64,000 nucleotides of DNA from Heterodontus francisci (lineage: Eukaryota): positions 31,382,437 through 31,446,436 of the forward strand of contig NC_090409.1 of NCBI RefSeq assembly GCF_036365525.1. Reading direction: 5' to 3'. Under the pieces are notes generated by a model, which saw only the letters and a list, made by a program, of their open reading frames with translations, searched no databases and had not been told where the DNA came from. Positions 50,301-61,300 of this stretch are shown in pieces (position 1 is the stretch's first letter; the number at the start of each line of letters is the position of its first letter). Position numbers and translations under genes: made by a program.

Positions 50301-51731
50301 CAATAAACAGAGGCTCCTCTGCCTGCTTGGGTGGAGGTAAAGGATCCCAAGGCACTATTTCGAGGAAGAACAGTGGAGTTCTCCCCGGTGTCCTGTTAGA
50401 TATTCTCCACTCAGCCAGCCTCACAATAAAGCAGCTTAGCTGGTCATTATCACATTGCTGTTTGTGGGAGCTTGCTGTGCACACAATGGCTGCCGCCTTT
50501 CCTGCTTTCCAACTGACTGCACTTGGAAAACAGGTGCCGCAAAGCACTTGGAGACGTTCGGTGGTCGGGAAAGGCGCTATATAAATGCAAGCTACTGGAA
50601 TTGCTTATCAGGAGGGGTGTATATTGACCAGTCAATTGGACAACCTCTGAAATGAATGTCGACCCCTTATATCTGCAGGATTGTGAAACCTTGTTGATTT
50701 TGACAGGGAAGGGATGGTATTCACACAAAGAGCGGTTGTTAAGTAAACCTCATTTCCAAATGAAATGGGACTATTTTGACTGTCTCGTTTGGCAAATTTT
50801 CGATTAATCACTTCACATTATGCTGTTCTTCCAATTTCACAGAAGCAGTTGTTTACCATAACGTCAATAGCTCCCAAACTCTGGTAAGTTAAATCCAAAG
50901 TTTATCTTTCCAGTTTCCATTGTCATCCCATTGTTCCAAATGATTGGCGCTTTTTTTTTTTGGGTGTACATTGTGACCTGTATTCCTGGATATTTAGCAT
51001 CGACTGGAAGGAGGGCAGAAAGGAAAACCAGAAGTGGATGCCCTGGGATTTCCTTTTGCCTCAATTCAATGGCAGGAACAGCAGCAAGTTCTGTTCCAGG
51101 TTTTATCATGGGCCCAAGCAGTATTTCCTCTGTGCTTTTATGCAGGCGATGCTTTACACTCAAGTGCAAACGTCCACAATATACCCCGTTTAAGCATACC
51201 ATTTCATACAGATGCACTTTGGATCCGCCTCTGCATCTCGAGTCTAAAACCAAAGGGCGGGATTTTCCGAACGGTAGGCTTGTTGGAAAGCTGAGTGCAT
51301 TTATGGCACTGGGTGGAAAGCCACTGGAAGCGGTTTTCCCACAAGCCACGCCACGTTCAGGAAATTCAGCCCATAACCAGCGAATTGCATGGACGGAGCG
51401 TCCGTCCAATGAATGGAATATCGGGCGCCCCCCGGGCGATTGCGCCCGTTTTGAACTGGCCCCAGGGTGGATTTCCAGCCGGTTATTTGCCTCTTTTTCA
51501 AGCACTTGACCCATGTCCTGTGGGTTTCTGACAATTTCTGCTGTTGTTTCAAGTGACCTCTGCCCTTACTGGTCTGAAATAGAAGTTTGACAACATGCTT
51601 TCTCCCCACCACAGGAAGAACAGAGGATTGTTTATGCGTCGCTGGATTTCAATGTACCGGCGAAGCATTTTGCTGCCCAAAGGGAAGAGGAGAGAACGGT
51701 GTACGCAGATGTCAAATACAGCCAGAGTTAA
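37359..51731 (+). CDS. Gene B (spliced, 8 exons, 1215 nt, 404 aa): nectin/PVR-like three-Ig-domain receptor with ITIM/ITSM cytoplasmic tail
   Basis: Exons 37359-37407, 45894-46232, 46911-47204, 48040-48157, 48969-49120, 49912-50016, 50843-50883, 51615-51731. All introns GT-AG, phases 1,1,1,2,1,1,0 compatible, open frame throughout. Confidence 0.9.
38262..38321. repeat. (ATCT)n microsatellite
   Basis: Directly visible. Confidence 0.95.
38745..43437 (-). mobile_element. CR1/L2-group LINE (RT + 3' end), split by a nested CR1; pieces 38745-39495 and 43055-43437
   Basis: VPQGSVLDP..FINDL..MFADD..QQDLDNIQA | WADKWQV joins cleanly when the insert is removed. Confidence 0.85.
39496..43054 (+). mobile_element. 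Young CR1 LINE: ORF1 SGNH-esterase part + ORF2 (APE + RT) + 3' UTR/poly(A), with AAGCC target-site duplication
   Basis: GDS / PGA / HIGTND / DGLH esterase blocks; APE motifs; 542-aa RT ORF with FADD; AAGCC at 39491-39495 and 43055-43059. Confidence 0.95.
45894..46232 (+). CDS. Gene B exon 2, IgV domain
   Basis: LPC..FVQLSW..VVYNPWYG..RI.F..DGSI.IKSL..QDGGYYSC.LALFPQG; ctcacag acceptor, G|gtatgt donor; 339 nt. Confidence 0.93.
46911..47204 (+). CDS. Gene B exon 3, second Ig (C-type) domain
   Basis: VANCTSTNGKPAANITW..NGTITVTSQY..VACAISH nectin D2 pattern; cccaag acceptor, T|gtaagt donor; 294 nt. Confidence 0.93.
48040..48157 (+). CDS. Gene B exon 4, first half of third Ig domain (YPPEVTITGYDGNWSENTRDVSLECVANANPPATNYSWQG)
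   Basis: Hallmark nectin/PVR D3 start YPPEV.I.GYD.NW; 118 nt, phase 1->2. Confidence 0.93.
48500..48648. mobile_element. Small MITE-like element with terminal inverted repeats
   Basis: ggggtaattttaa ... ttaaaattgccc termini. Confidence 0.5.
48969..49120 (+). CDS. Gene B exon 5, second half of third Ig domain
   Basis: LPERLQTENAKIYIKKVSSLMNGNWTCEATNSVGTGKSEVEI; 152 nt, phase 2->1. Confidence 0.92.
49912..50016 (+). CDS. Gene B exon 6, transmembrane (DENLSKIHIIIVVAVIVCVVSVPTLTLTWRKRRIQ)
   Basis: Hydrophobic run followed by basic RKRR; ttttcccag acceptor and G|gtaagt donor. Confidence 0.9.
50150..50592 (+). mobile_element. DeuSINE/SacSINE1-like SINE
   Basis: tRNA-like head ctgtggctcagttggt, conserved core, and tail ggcgctatataaatgcaag. 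Confidence 0.7.
50843..50883 (+). CDS. Gene B exon 7, cytoplasmic (EAVVYHNVNSSQTL)
   Basis: ttcacag acceptor and CTG|gtaagt donor; 41 nt, phase 1->0, needed to join exon 6 to exon 8. Confidence 0.8.
51615..51731 (+). CDS. Gene B exon 8, terminal: EEQRIVYASLDFNVPAKHFAAQREEERTVYADVKYSQS* (ITIM + ITSM)
   Basis: ccaccacag acceptor, 39 codons to TAA; paralogous to the gene A terminal exon. Confidence 0.88.
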   Translation, partial: EEQRIVYASLDFNVPAKHFAAQREEERTVYADVKYSQS

Positions 51732-51827
51732 TTTCGCTTCACTTCCTGAAATGCAATGGACATGAAACTGCTGTTGCATCACATGTGCAGTGAAGTCAAA
51801 GGGTACCATGTGTTTTCATGTTAATAC

Positions 51828-51833
51828 AATAAA
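51828..51833 (+). terminator. Candidate polyadenylation signal of gene B (AATAAA)
   Basis: ~100 nt after the stop codon. Confidence 0.5.
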
Positions 51834-52502
51834 TCCGGTGTCAACTCGGCTTGTTCATTCCGGCTCCTGTGCCTCTGGCTGTTGGATCACCTGGGGGGAA
51901 AAAAATACAAGAAAATCGGGCGAGACTGAGCGCACCGCCTGATGTGAAGTCAGTCTGGTAACATTTCATGAAAAATTCCAGGAAGCACTGCTATTATTTA
52001 AAGCCTTTTTTTCCAGCCTTCAGCAGCACGCTTTTAATCAGGGGATTTTTAAAAAACTTTGTTCTTAAAACCACTTCTCTTTCTGATACTCATGTCTGTT
52101 CGCTGCTAAGTTTCATTCTTAATGAGTTCTTGCACAGTTCAAAGACCAGCTTCCCTTTCAGGGTTTTTATTTCGTGATATACAGAGCATCAATTTACAAA
52201 GTAAAGCTTGTCAATTTTTTCGCTACAAACTTTTGAAGAAGTGTTTTTTTTTTTTGCGTTGGCCATCCCTCGTTTGGGCCTAGAGCTGATGCTGAGACTA
52301 TTTTTTTAACCACTGGGTAGTGAATAGAACTGACTGGATTAGCAGGCAGTTCAGAGGGCAGTTCACAGTCAACCATGTTGGTGTGAGACTCTACCCAATT
52401 GCTGCTTAACTTCATGCATTCCATGTCAGAAAACCTCAATCCATTTTCTTTCAACTTCGGATGGTCGCGGAAGTGGGGTTAGCAACCATTCTCTCTGCAC
52501 CT

Positions 52503-54295
52503 CCATCTCCCCACCAGGATGGTTTGAGGGCTCTCCGCTTCTTCCTTGAGCAGAGGCCCAACCAGTCCCCATCCACCACCACCCTCCTCCGCCTGGCTGA
52601 ACTTGTTCTCACATTGAACAACTTCTCCTTCAACTCCTCGCACTTCCTTCATGTAAAAGGTGTTGCTATGGGTACCCATATGGGTCCTAGTTGTGCCTGT
52701 CTTTTTGTGGGATATGTCGAACATTCCTTGTTCCAGTCCTACTCAGGTCCCCTCTCCCCAACTGTTTTTCCGGTACATTGATGACTGTATTGGTGCCGTT
52801 TCCTGATCCCGCCCCAAACCGGAAAACTTTATCAACTTTGCTTCTAATTTCCACCCTTCTCTCACCTTTACATGGTCCAACTCCGACACTTCCCTTCCCT
52901 TCCTCCCCTTCTCTGTCTCCATCTCCGGGGATAGGCTGTCTACTAATATCCATTATCAGCCCACCGACTCCCACAGCTACCTCGACTGCACTTCTTCACA
53001 CCCTGCCTCCTGTACAGACTCCATTCCATTCTCCCAGTTTCTCCATCTCCGACGCATCTGCTCTGATGATGCTACCTTCCATGACGGTGCTTCTGATATG
53101 TCTTCCTTTTTCCTCAACCGAGGATTCACCCACACTGTTGTTGACAGGGCCCTCAACCGTGTCTGGCCCATTTCCCGTACCTCTGCCCTCAACACTTCCC
53201 CTCCCTCCTAGAACTGTGACAGGGTTCTCCTTGCCCTCACTTTCCACCCCATCAGCCTCCATATCCAAAGGATCATCCTCTGCCATTTCCGCCACCTCCA
53301 GCATGATGCCACTACCAAACGCATTTTCCCCTCCCTTCCCCTGTCAGCATTCCGAAGGGATCATTCCCTCGGCGACACCCTGGTCCACTCCTCCATTACC
53401 CCAACCACCTCATCCCTGTCCCATGGCACCTTCCCCTGCAATCGCAGGAGATGTAATACCTGCCCATTTACCTCCTCTCTCCTCACTATCCCAGGCCCCA
53501 AACACTCCTTTCAGGTGAAGCAGCGATTTACTTGTACTTCTTTCAATGTCGTATACTGTATTCACTGCTCACAATGTGGTCTCTGCTACATTGGGGAGAC
53601 CAAACGCAGACTGGGTGACTGCTTTGCGGAACACCTCCGCTTAGTCTGAAAGCACGACCCCAAGCTTCCATTTGCTTGCCATTTCAACACTCCCCCCTTG
53701 CTCTCATGCTCACATCTCTGTCCTGGGACTTCTGCAGTATTCCAGTGAACATCAACACAAGCTCGAGGAACAGCATCTCATTTACCGATTAGGCACACTA
53801 CAACCTGCCGGACTAAACATTGAGTTCAATCATTTCAGAACATGACTCCACCACCACCAACCCCCCACCCCTCCCCCCCCCCCCCCCCCACAATTTTACT
53901 TTCTATTTTTAGTTATTTTTTCTTCTTTGTATTTTTTTTTGTTTATTTTATTTTATTTTATCTTAGTTTGTTCAGTTTGCTTACCCACTGTTTTTTTCAT
54001 GTTTGTACTTGCTGCTGTTCAATTTTCAGTCCGTTAACACCCTATCTGTACTTTGTCTTTCAACACCATTAACATATTGTTTGCCTTTGCTCCCTGACCT
54101 TCTGGTCAGCCCTCTGTGACCTTGTCCTATTTACACCTTCTCCTTTGTTATCTCTTGCCCCACCCCCAACTTTACTTGCTTATAACCTTTCACATTTCTA
54201 ATATTTGTCAGTTCTGACCTGAAACGTTAACTCTGCTTCTCTCTCCACAGATGCTGCCAGACCTGGTGAGTATTTCCAGCATCTCTTGTTTTTAT
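52503..54295 (+). mobile_element. Penelope-like retroelement (RT + GIY-YIG endonuclease), degraded
   Basis: LTLNNFSFN..GVAMGTHMGPS, RYIDD and VYCIHCSQCGLCYIGETKRRLGDCFAEH (GIY-YIG). Confidence 0.9.
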
Positions 54296-54559
54296 TACCG
54301 ACGATCTTCCGCCAAACACTCCCCAGCGGTTACTTTGAGAATTGCAGATACATATGAACAAACAGGGGAGTTGGAAGGAGTTAACAATATTAATAGTATG
54401 AATTGGCTGCCGGATGTCATAGTTTAAAATTAATTGACAACTACGCGGAGACAGGCACAATAATAATTCCTATCAAATAGAGGCAAGCCGGTTTAGCAAT
54501 CTTCCGCTGATTTCCGGTCCCTATGTCGGTGCTAACCAATTTCAATCGACATACGAATA

Positions 54560-54910
54560 TACGAACATACGAATTAGGAGCAGGAGTAGGCCACTCGGCC
54601 CCTCGAGTCTGCCCTGGCATTCAATAAGTTCATGGCTGAACTGATTTCTCCACATTACCACCTACCCACCACTCCCCTCATAACCTTTCACCCCCTTGCT
54701 TATCAAGAATCTATCTACATCTGCCTTAAAAATATTCAAAGACTCTGCTTCCACCGCCTTCTGAGGAAGAGAGTTCCAAAGATTCACGACCCTCTGAGAG
54801 AAAAGCAATTGTCCCCATCTCTGTGTTAAATGGGCGACCCGTTATTTTTAAACAGTGACCCCTGGTTCTCGATTCTCCCACAAAGGGGAAACATCTTTTC
54901 CACATCCACA
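54560..54910 (-). mobile_element. CR1 3' fragment
   Basis: CR1 3' UTR and FPFVGESRTRGH on the minus strand. Confidence 0.75.
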
Positions 54911-55295
54911 TCTACTTCATTGGTACTAATATAACTGAATCTGTTCAGTTTCCTTGTCTGATATTGCGACATCAATCCAGTTAGTTTGAAACATTCAGCC
55001 GAGCTGAGATCATTTCTGTTTTCAATTTAAAACGGAAGCACTCTCATCCTATCAATTGTCTCAAGGCAATAGCGGAACTATGTCTGCTGCCAATGTTTAG
55101 ACCGACTGCTGTTAAACTAGTGTGAGGAAATCCACTGTTCTGGGCGAGATTTGAATGTAAGGTCGTTCCCTCGTCTCTTTATCTCGGAACAATTCAAACG
55201 CAACGGCGACTGGCGAAGGATGTGCGCGGGTTACGTTTTACACCGTGAGGAAGAACGTTCAAACAATTACAACTGAACTGCACCCGGTGTCGGCA

Positions 55296-55344
55296 ATGAG
55301 TGTAGTTGCCCTTGTTTCGTTTCTCCAACTCGTTCTTTCCCCAG
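55296..55344 (+). CDS. Gene C exon 1, signal peptide MSVVALVSFLQLVLSP
   Basis: 49 nt, G|gtaggt donor, hydrophobic. Confidence 0.72.
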
Positions 55345-58300
55345 GTAGGTTTGGTTGGCGCAAGTTAGCATTCCTGTTAGTCCACACACGAACTAGCTCG
55401 TTCACACCTGCAACCACAGGTGAATCTTGAGATATTGCCCCCTTGAAGGTGTCCTTCGTTACTTTCAGCCCATTGTTTGGGAGGTCGAAGTGCATTCGTT
55501 TCCAGGTATCTCACTATTCCGTTCCTGTATCATTCTAAAGGTGGACAGTAGTAGTAAATATTAATTGGTTGTGGACATACAACCTATTTGATAGAAGAGG
55601 TGTGATAACTTGGAAGGCTAGTTGTTGGCGAACCAATATTATGAATCAATATTGGTATATCTCCACTCCCTCTCATGGTTGCTAATTTATATGTTTATCT
55701 ATATGTGTGAGTGTGTATGTTAGTTGATATTTGTAAATCGGGGTAAAATGTACTGTTGGGGATCTGGGCCTTGGTTGCTGACTTTTCTATACTTTCCTCT
55801 CGTGTTGTATTGCACTGAGTTGTATTGCACTGTGCAGTCACAGTTCACTGCCGGCCAAACCACGCCATAATGGTTAAAATGAATAAAATCTTCTCAGTGC
55901 CTCAAGCTAGAAAACCTCCAGGCTATTGGTGGCACACGGTCAAATTTTGACCATTGTGTGTGATATGTTACCGCCCCAGATCTGAACCAATTGACAAATA
56001 TAGCAAGGTCACTCATTCAAATGGAGGCGCTCATTAATGATGTGTTTGGAGGCAGCTCTGAAGACCACTGCTGTGAACTTGTTCCACACCGTTTGTTGAA
56101 ACCGTCCTCTTTGCAGATGTTACTGCTTCTTGGCCTAATCACCTGGGCACCAACCTTGTGAACAGTTGGCCAGCCAATGTAGCTCAAGTACCTTGTCATG
56201 GCTTTGCAAGGCCCAGGGAAATACCTCAAAGACACCTGGTTGCCAATTTCTGATACTGCTGATTTATATCAGTACTGGGCGGCCATGGCAAATGCCACGT
56301 TTCCGACATAATACCAGTGACTAATGATTCAGACAACAGTGCATTGGCCCTAAAGCGTTTTGGGACTACCCAAAGCTGTAGGTNNNNNNNNNNNNNNNNN
56401 NNNNNNNNNNNNNNNNNNNNNNNNNNNNNNNNNNNNNNNNNNNNNNNNNNNNNNNNNNNNNNNNNNNNNNNNNNNNNNNNNNNNNNNNNNNNNNNNNNNN
56501 NNNNNNNNNNNNNNNNNNNNNNNNNNNNNNNNNNNNNNNNNNNNNNNNNNNNNNNNNNNNNNNNNNNNNNNNNNNNNNNNNNNNNNNNNNNNNNNNNNNN
56601 NNNNNNNNNNNNNNNNNNNNNNNNNNNNNNNNNNNNNNNNNNNNNNNNNNNNNNNNNNNNNNNNNNNNNNNNNNNNNNNNNNNNNNNNNNNNNNNNNNNN
56701 NNNNNNNNNNNNNNNNNNNNNNNNNNNNNNNNNNNNNNNNNNNNNNNNNNNNNNNNNNNNNNNNNNNNNNNNNNNNNNNNNNNNNNNNNNNNNNNNNNNN
56801 NNNNNNNNNNNNNNNNNNNNNNNNNNNNNNNNNNNNNNNNNNNNNNNNNNNNNNNNNNNNNNNNNNNNNNNNNNNNNNNNNNNNNNNNNNNNNNNNNNNN
56901 NNNNNNNNNNNNNNNNNNNNNNNNNNNNNNNNNNNNNNNNNNNNNNNNNNNNNNNNNNNNNNNNNNNNNNNNNNNNNNNNNNNNNTTTAGTCTCCACAGT
57001 CATCTAATTCCATGTTGAAGCAGATGCGAAGGGCACTTTGGGCCGTTCTGATCTTTCTTTAACGTCAGCAGTATCCCAATAATCTTGTGCTAGATAACAT
57101 ATGTGCCCAGTAGCTCGGCCTCCTGCTTTATAACTCTTCATCGAGCGATGGATGGGCTTCCTCCCGCCCGGGTGTGAGATGTGGGGCCAGACTGTGAGGC
57201 AGATGTGCACAGGATGTGAAGCAGCTGCAGCGAAGGAGGTTTCTAACCCGCTATTTGAGTATCCTGAAAGGACAGTCGGCCTCATGGTTTGTGGCTTTGT
57301 CAAAGACCCTATCATGAGAAGGTAGATTAAGCTGCCTGTTGAGGTCGCTTTGTGGCAGGGGACATGGCTGTTTAGAACATCATTGGGGCTGACATGGCCC
57401 AAACTTGTGTCAGTTCGGTTCGCCGTGCCGAAAATGGGTATCCCTCATAAAGTCGAGAATGTACTGAGATTTGGGACGATTCCGACTGGATTGTGTTCCT
57501 TCAAGGCCAAGTATGAGATCATGCTCCACATGACCATGACTAGCATGGTTGGGAGGGCGGAGTTGTCGGCAATTATGAATGAAGCTTTGCTTCTCCGACT
57601 GGGGCCTGGGGGGTGGGGGTTAATCTTTGATGCCCATTCACAGGTAACGCCATGAGTGAACACATTAATAGATAGGGTTGTGGAGGAAGCATAAACATTC
57701 TGAAGCTCAGCAGCATTAGTGGGGTAAATCCCATCAGAATGACCTGCCTTTCTTCTTAACTGACATCCGGACACGACAGCCTTCTCATCCGGACACGGTT
57801 CACCACCGAGTCACTTTCTCCTCTTGTCCTATCCCTGCAGTTGTGGTAACGCAGAAGATTAAAGTCGACAGTTCTGTAACGGGGAACGCCGGTGAAGAAT
57901 TGATGCTGCCTTGCCATTTTATCAACAATGACTCCAACCTCACAGTCGTTCAAGTGACCTGGCTGAAGAAAGCTGAGGCAGAGAATGAAAACCTGGCAGT
58001 GTACAACCCACACTTTGGGACAAGTTACCCAGCGACAACAGGAAGGATCACCTTCAACAATGCAAATTCTCAAAACTGCACTTTAGCAATAAACCCCTTG
58101 GAGTTGGATGACGAAGGCCTCTACAGTTGCGAAGTCAACGTTTTCCCCACTGGAAAACAAGAATCCCAAACAAACTTGACAGTTCTGGGTAGGTAATAAT
58201 ATAATTGTTATAAAATCTTAGCTTGGCCCGGCTTTGGGTCAGTGGCAATATTTTTGCCTCTGGGTCAGGAAAGCTTTGCTTCAATAATGAATGTGGTCGC

Positions 58301-61300
58301 CTCTGCATTGGGGAAACCCAACGTAGATTGGGTGAATGCTTTGCGAAACACCCCTGCCCAGTCTGAAAGCAAAGAAACCGAGCTTCTGGTTGCTTGCCAT
58401 TTCAACTGATCACCCTGCTCCCGTACCCACGTTTCTGTCCTTGGCCAGCTGAAGTGTTCCAGTGAACATCAATGCAAGCTTGAGGAACAGCATCTCATTT
58501 ACTGATTAGGCACTCTACAGCCTGCTGGGCTGAACATTGAGTTCAACAGTTCCGGAGCATGACAGCCTTTATTTATTAATTGTTTTTTTAAGTTGTTTTA
58601 TTTTATTTTTTAACTATGTGCCTGCCTTAAACTTGATTTTGCATGTTGTCCTTTTGGACAGAGCGACTCATTGTTCCGCCATTAATACTGTCTCTGGACC
58701 AATGCTTTGTCTTTCACCACACGCATCAGCACTCTCTTTGTTTTTGTCCCACGACATCTTTGTTATTTAATCTCTTCTGCCTTCTACCCTATCACACACC
58801 TTCCCTTTTGTTCTCTTCCCCACAGCCCCACCCCACCTTCACTTCACTTAAAACCTAAGACTTGTCTAACTTTTGCCAGCTCTGATGAAAGGTCACGGAC
58901 CTGAAATGTTAACTCTGCTTCTCTCTCCACAGATGCTGCCAGACCTGCTGAGTATTGCCAGCACTGTCTGTTTTCATTTCAGATTTCCAGCATCTGCAGT
59001 ATTTTGCTTTTATATTCCAACATTGCCGCACACTCCGATCCAGTGACCGAATCAAATCTACCAAGGTCACTCTTCAATGCAGTAATTCATTGACAAAGAA
59101 AGAGACTGCATCCATACAGCGCCTGGTACGACCTCAGGACGCACTGTGCTTTTGGAAGTGTGGGCACTTTTGCAATATAGGCGAGGGGGATGGTCAATTT
59201 GTGCACAGCATGATCTCACAAACTGCAATATTAAAATGAGCAGATAATCTGCTTTTGTGATACTGATTAGAAACACAGAAAATAGGAGCAGGAGTAGGCC
59301 GTTCGGCCCTTCGAGTCTACTCCGCCATTCATTATGATCATGGCTGATCATCCAACTCAGTAACTTGTTCCCGCTTTCGCCCCCTACCCTTTGATCCCTT
59401 TAGACCCAAGAGCTATATCTAACTCCTTCTTGAAAACATACAATGTTTTGGCCTCAGCTGCTTTCTGTGGTAGCGAATTCCACAGGCTCAGCACTCTCTG
59501 GGTGAAGACATTTCTTTATCTCAGTCCTGAAAGGTTTACCCCGTATCCTTAGACTATGACCCCTGGTTCTGGACTCCTCCACCATCGGGAACATCCTTCC
59601 TGCATTCACCCTGTCAAGTCCTGTTAGAATTTTATAGGTTTCTATGAGATTCCCCCCTCACTCTTCTGAACTCCAGCGAATATAATCCTATCCGACTCAA
59701 TCTGTCCTCATACGTCAGTCCTGCTATCCCAGGAATCAGTCTGGTAATTCTTCGCTGCACTCCCTCTATAGCAACTAACCTGTCAAACGCTACAATCTCG
59801 GTGCCAGGTATGGTTCCATTGGTAGCACTCCCAGCTCTGAGTTACAATGGAATCAAGTTGCAATGACTTGGGCAGAAGTATCTAGGGTGACATGTCTCCA
59901 AGATGCCCCCGGCAATATTTACCACACAATGATAGAGGCTTCAGGGGTGATTCCTTCCTCAGATAAGGAGACCAAAACTGCACACAATATTCCAGGTGTG
60001 GCCTCACCGAGGCCCTGTATAATTACAGCAAGACATCCCTGCTCCTGTACTCGAATCCTCTCTCTATGAAGGCCAACATACTATTCGCCAATTTACCGCC
60101 TGTTGCACCTGCATGCTTACCTTCAGCGACTGGTGTACGAGAACACCCAGGTCTCGCTGCATAGTCCCCTCTCTCAGTTTATAGCCATTCAGATAATAAT
60201 CTGCCTTCCTGTTTTAGCTGCCAAAGTGGATAACCTCACATTTATCCACATTATACTGCATCTGCCATGCATTAGCCCACTCTCTCAACTTCTGGCCAAG
60301 TCATTGCAACTTTTTGATTCCATTGTAACTCAGAGACGGGAGTGCTACCAACGGAGCCATACTTGGCTCTGAGATTGTAGAGTTTGGTAGGTTAATGATT
60401 TGTGCTTTACTCCAATTTGCCTATGTTTAGGCTCAACTGTAACTGTTGGTATAATGGGAGTTTCTTGAGCCTATTTTGTATTGAAGCAGAGAATTACTAT
60501 TATAAGTTGTGTCATAGAATTAAAGCTTCCACTCATCACATGCAAATCTCTGATCCTTAGCCAAGCCCATGAATGGTGCAGTCGCAGTCCCAGCAGAGGC
60601 TGGCTTGTCAGAGACGTCAATCGCCAGCTGCACAGCAGCGAATGGGAAACCGGCAGCTGTTGTAACATGGATTGCAAAAGTCGCCGGAAAAGTCACGTCA
60701 ACTCGGATTGAAAATCCAAACAGGACAGTCACCGTCATCAGCCAATACAGGATTGTACCCACTAGAAAGGACAATGGGGAGAATGTGACATGCGTCGTGT
60801 CCCACAAAGCATTATCAGATCGAGTGAGCTTACCAGTGACATTATCAGTCCGATGTAAGTACTACAGGAGGAAGTTGGACTAAACAGCAAATCAAGTGAA
60901 AGTGCAAGATTAATGTATTAACTGCATGACTGAACCATTGAATAGAGCATAGTCCCACTGTAAATACGACGAGATGCATTTTTGGCACATTCTTTACTTG
61001 TTATATTAGTCACCAGTAGAATTTTCCCATTGACCATATAACACATCTCATACACATTCCACAGTTCCAAATGCTTGGAATACTCAAAGGAAGCAATGGT
61101 GCCCAAGAGCCCTAGCGTCCTGGAGATATTACGGCAAAGAATGAGGCCATTTGGGCCCATCAAATCCAAGCTGGCTCTCTATAGAGCAATGCAATCAATG
61201 TTATTCTGCCGCTCTCTTCTCACAACCCTGCAAGTTTATTTCCCCCCCAGTGCTCATTCAATTTCCTTTTGAAATCATATCTCCACTTCCACCCCCGTGG

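Noticed and set aside
50864-51514. Overlapping 216-aa (-) and 192-aa (+) ORFs in the last intron of gene B
   Set aside because: No recognisable domain; they lie in GC-rich, repeat-like intronic sequence.
52691-53518. 275-aa Pro/Ser-rich ORF as a mucin-like gene
   Set aside because: Off-frame reading of the C-rich Penelope RT region.
56317-57018. Long ORFs spanning X residues
   Set aside because: Artefact of the N gap.
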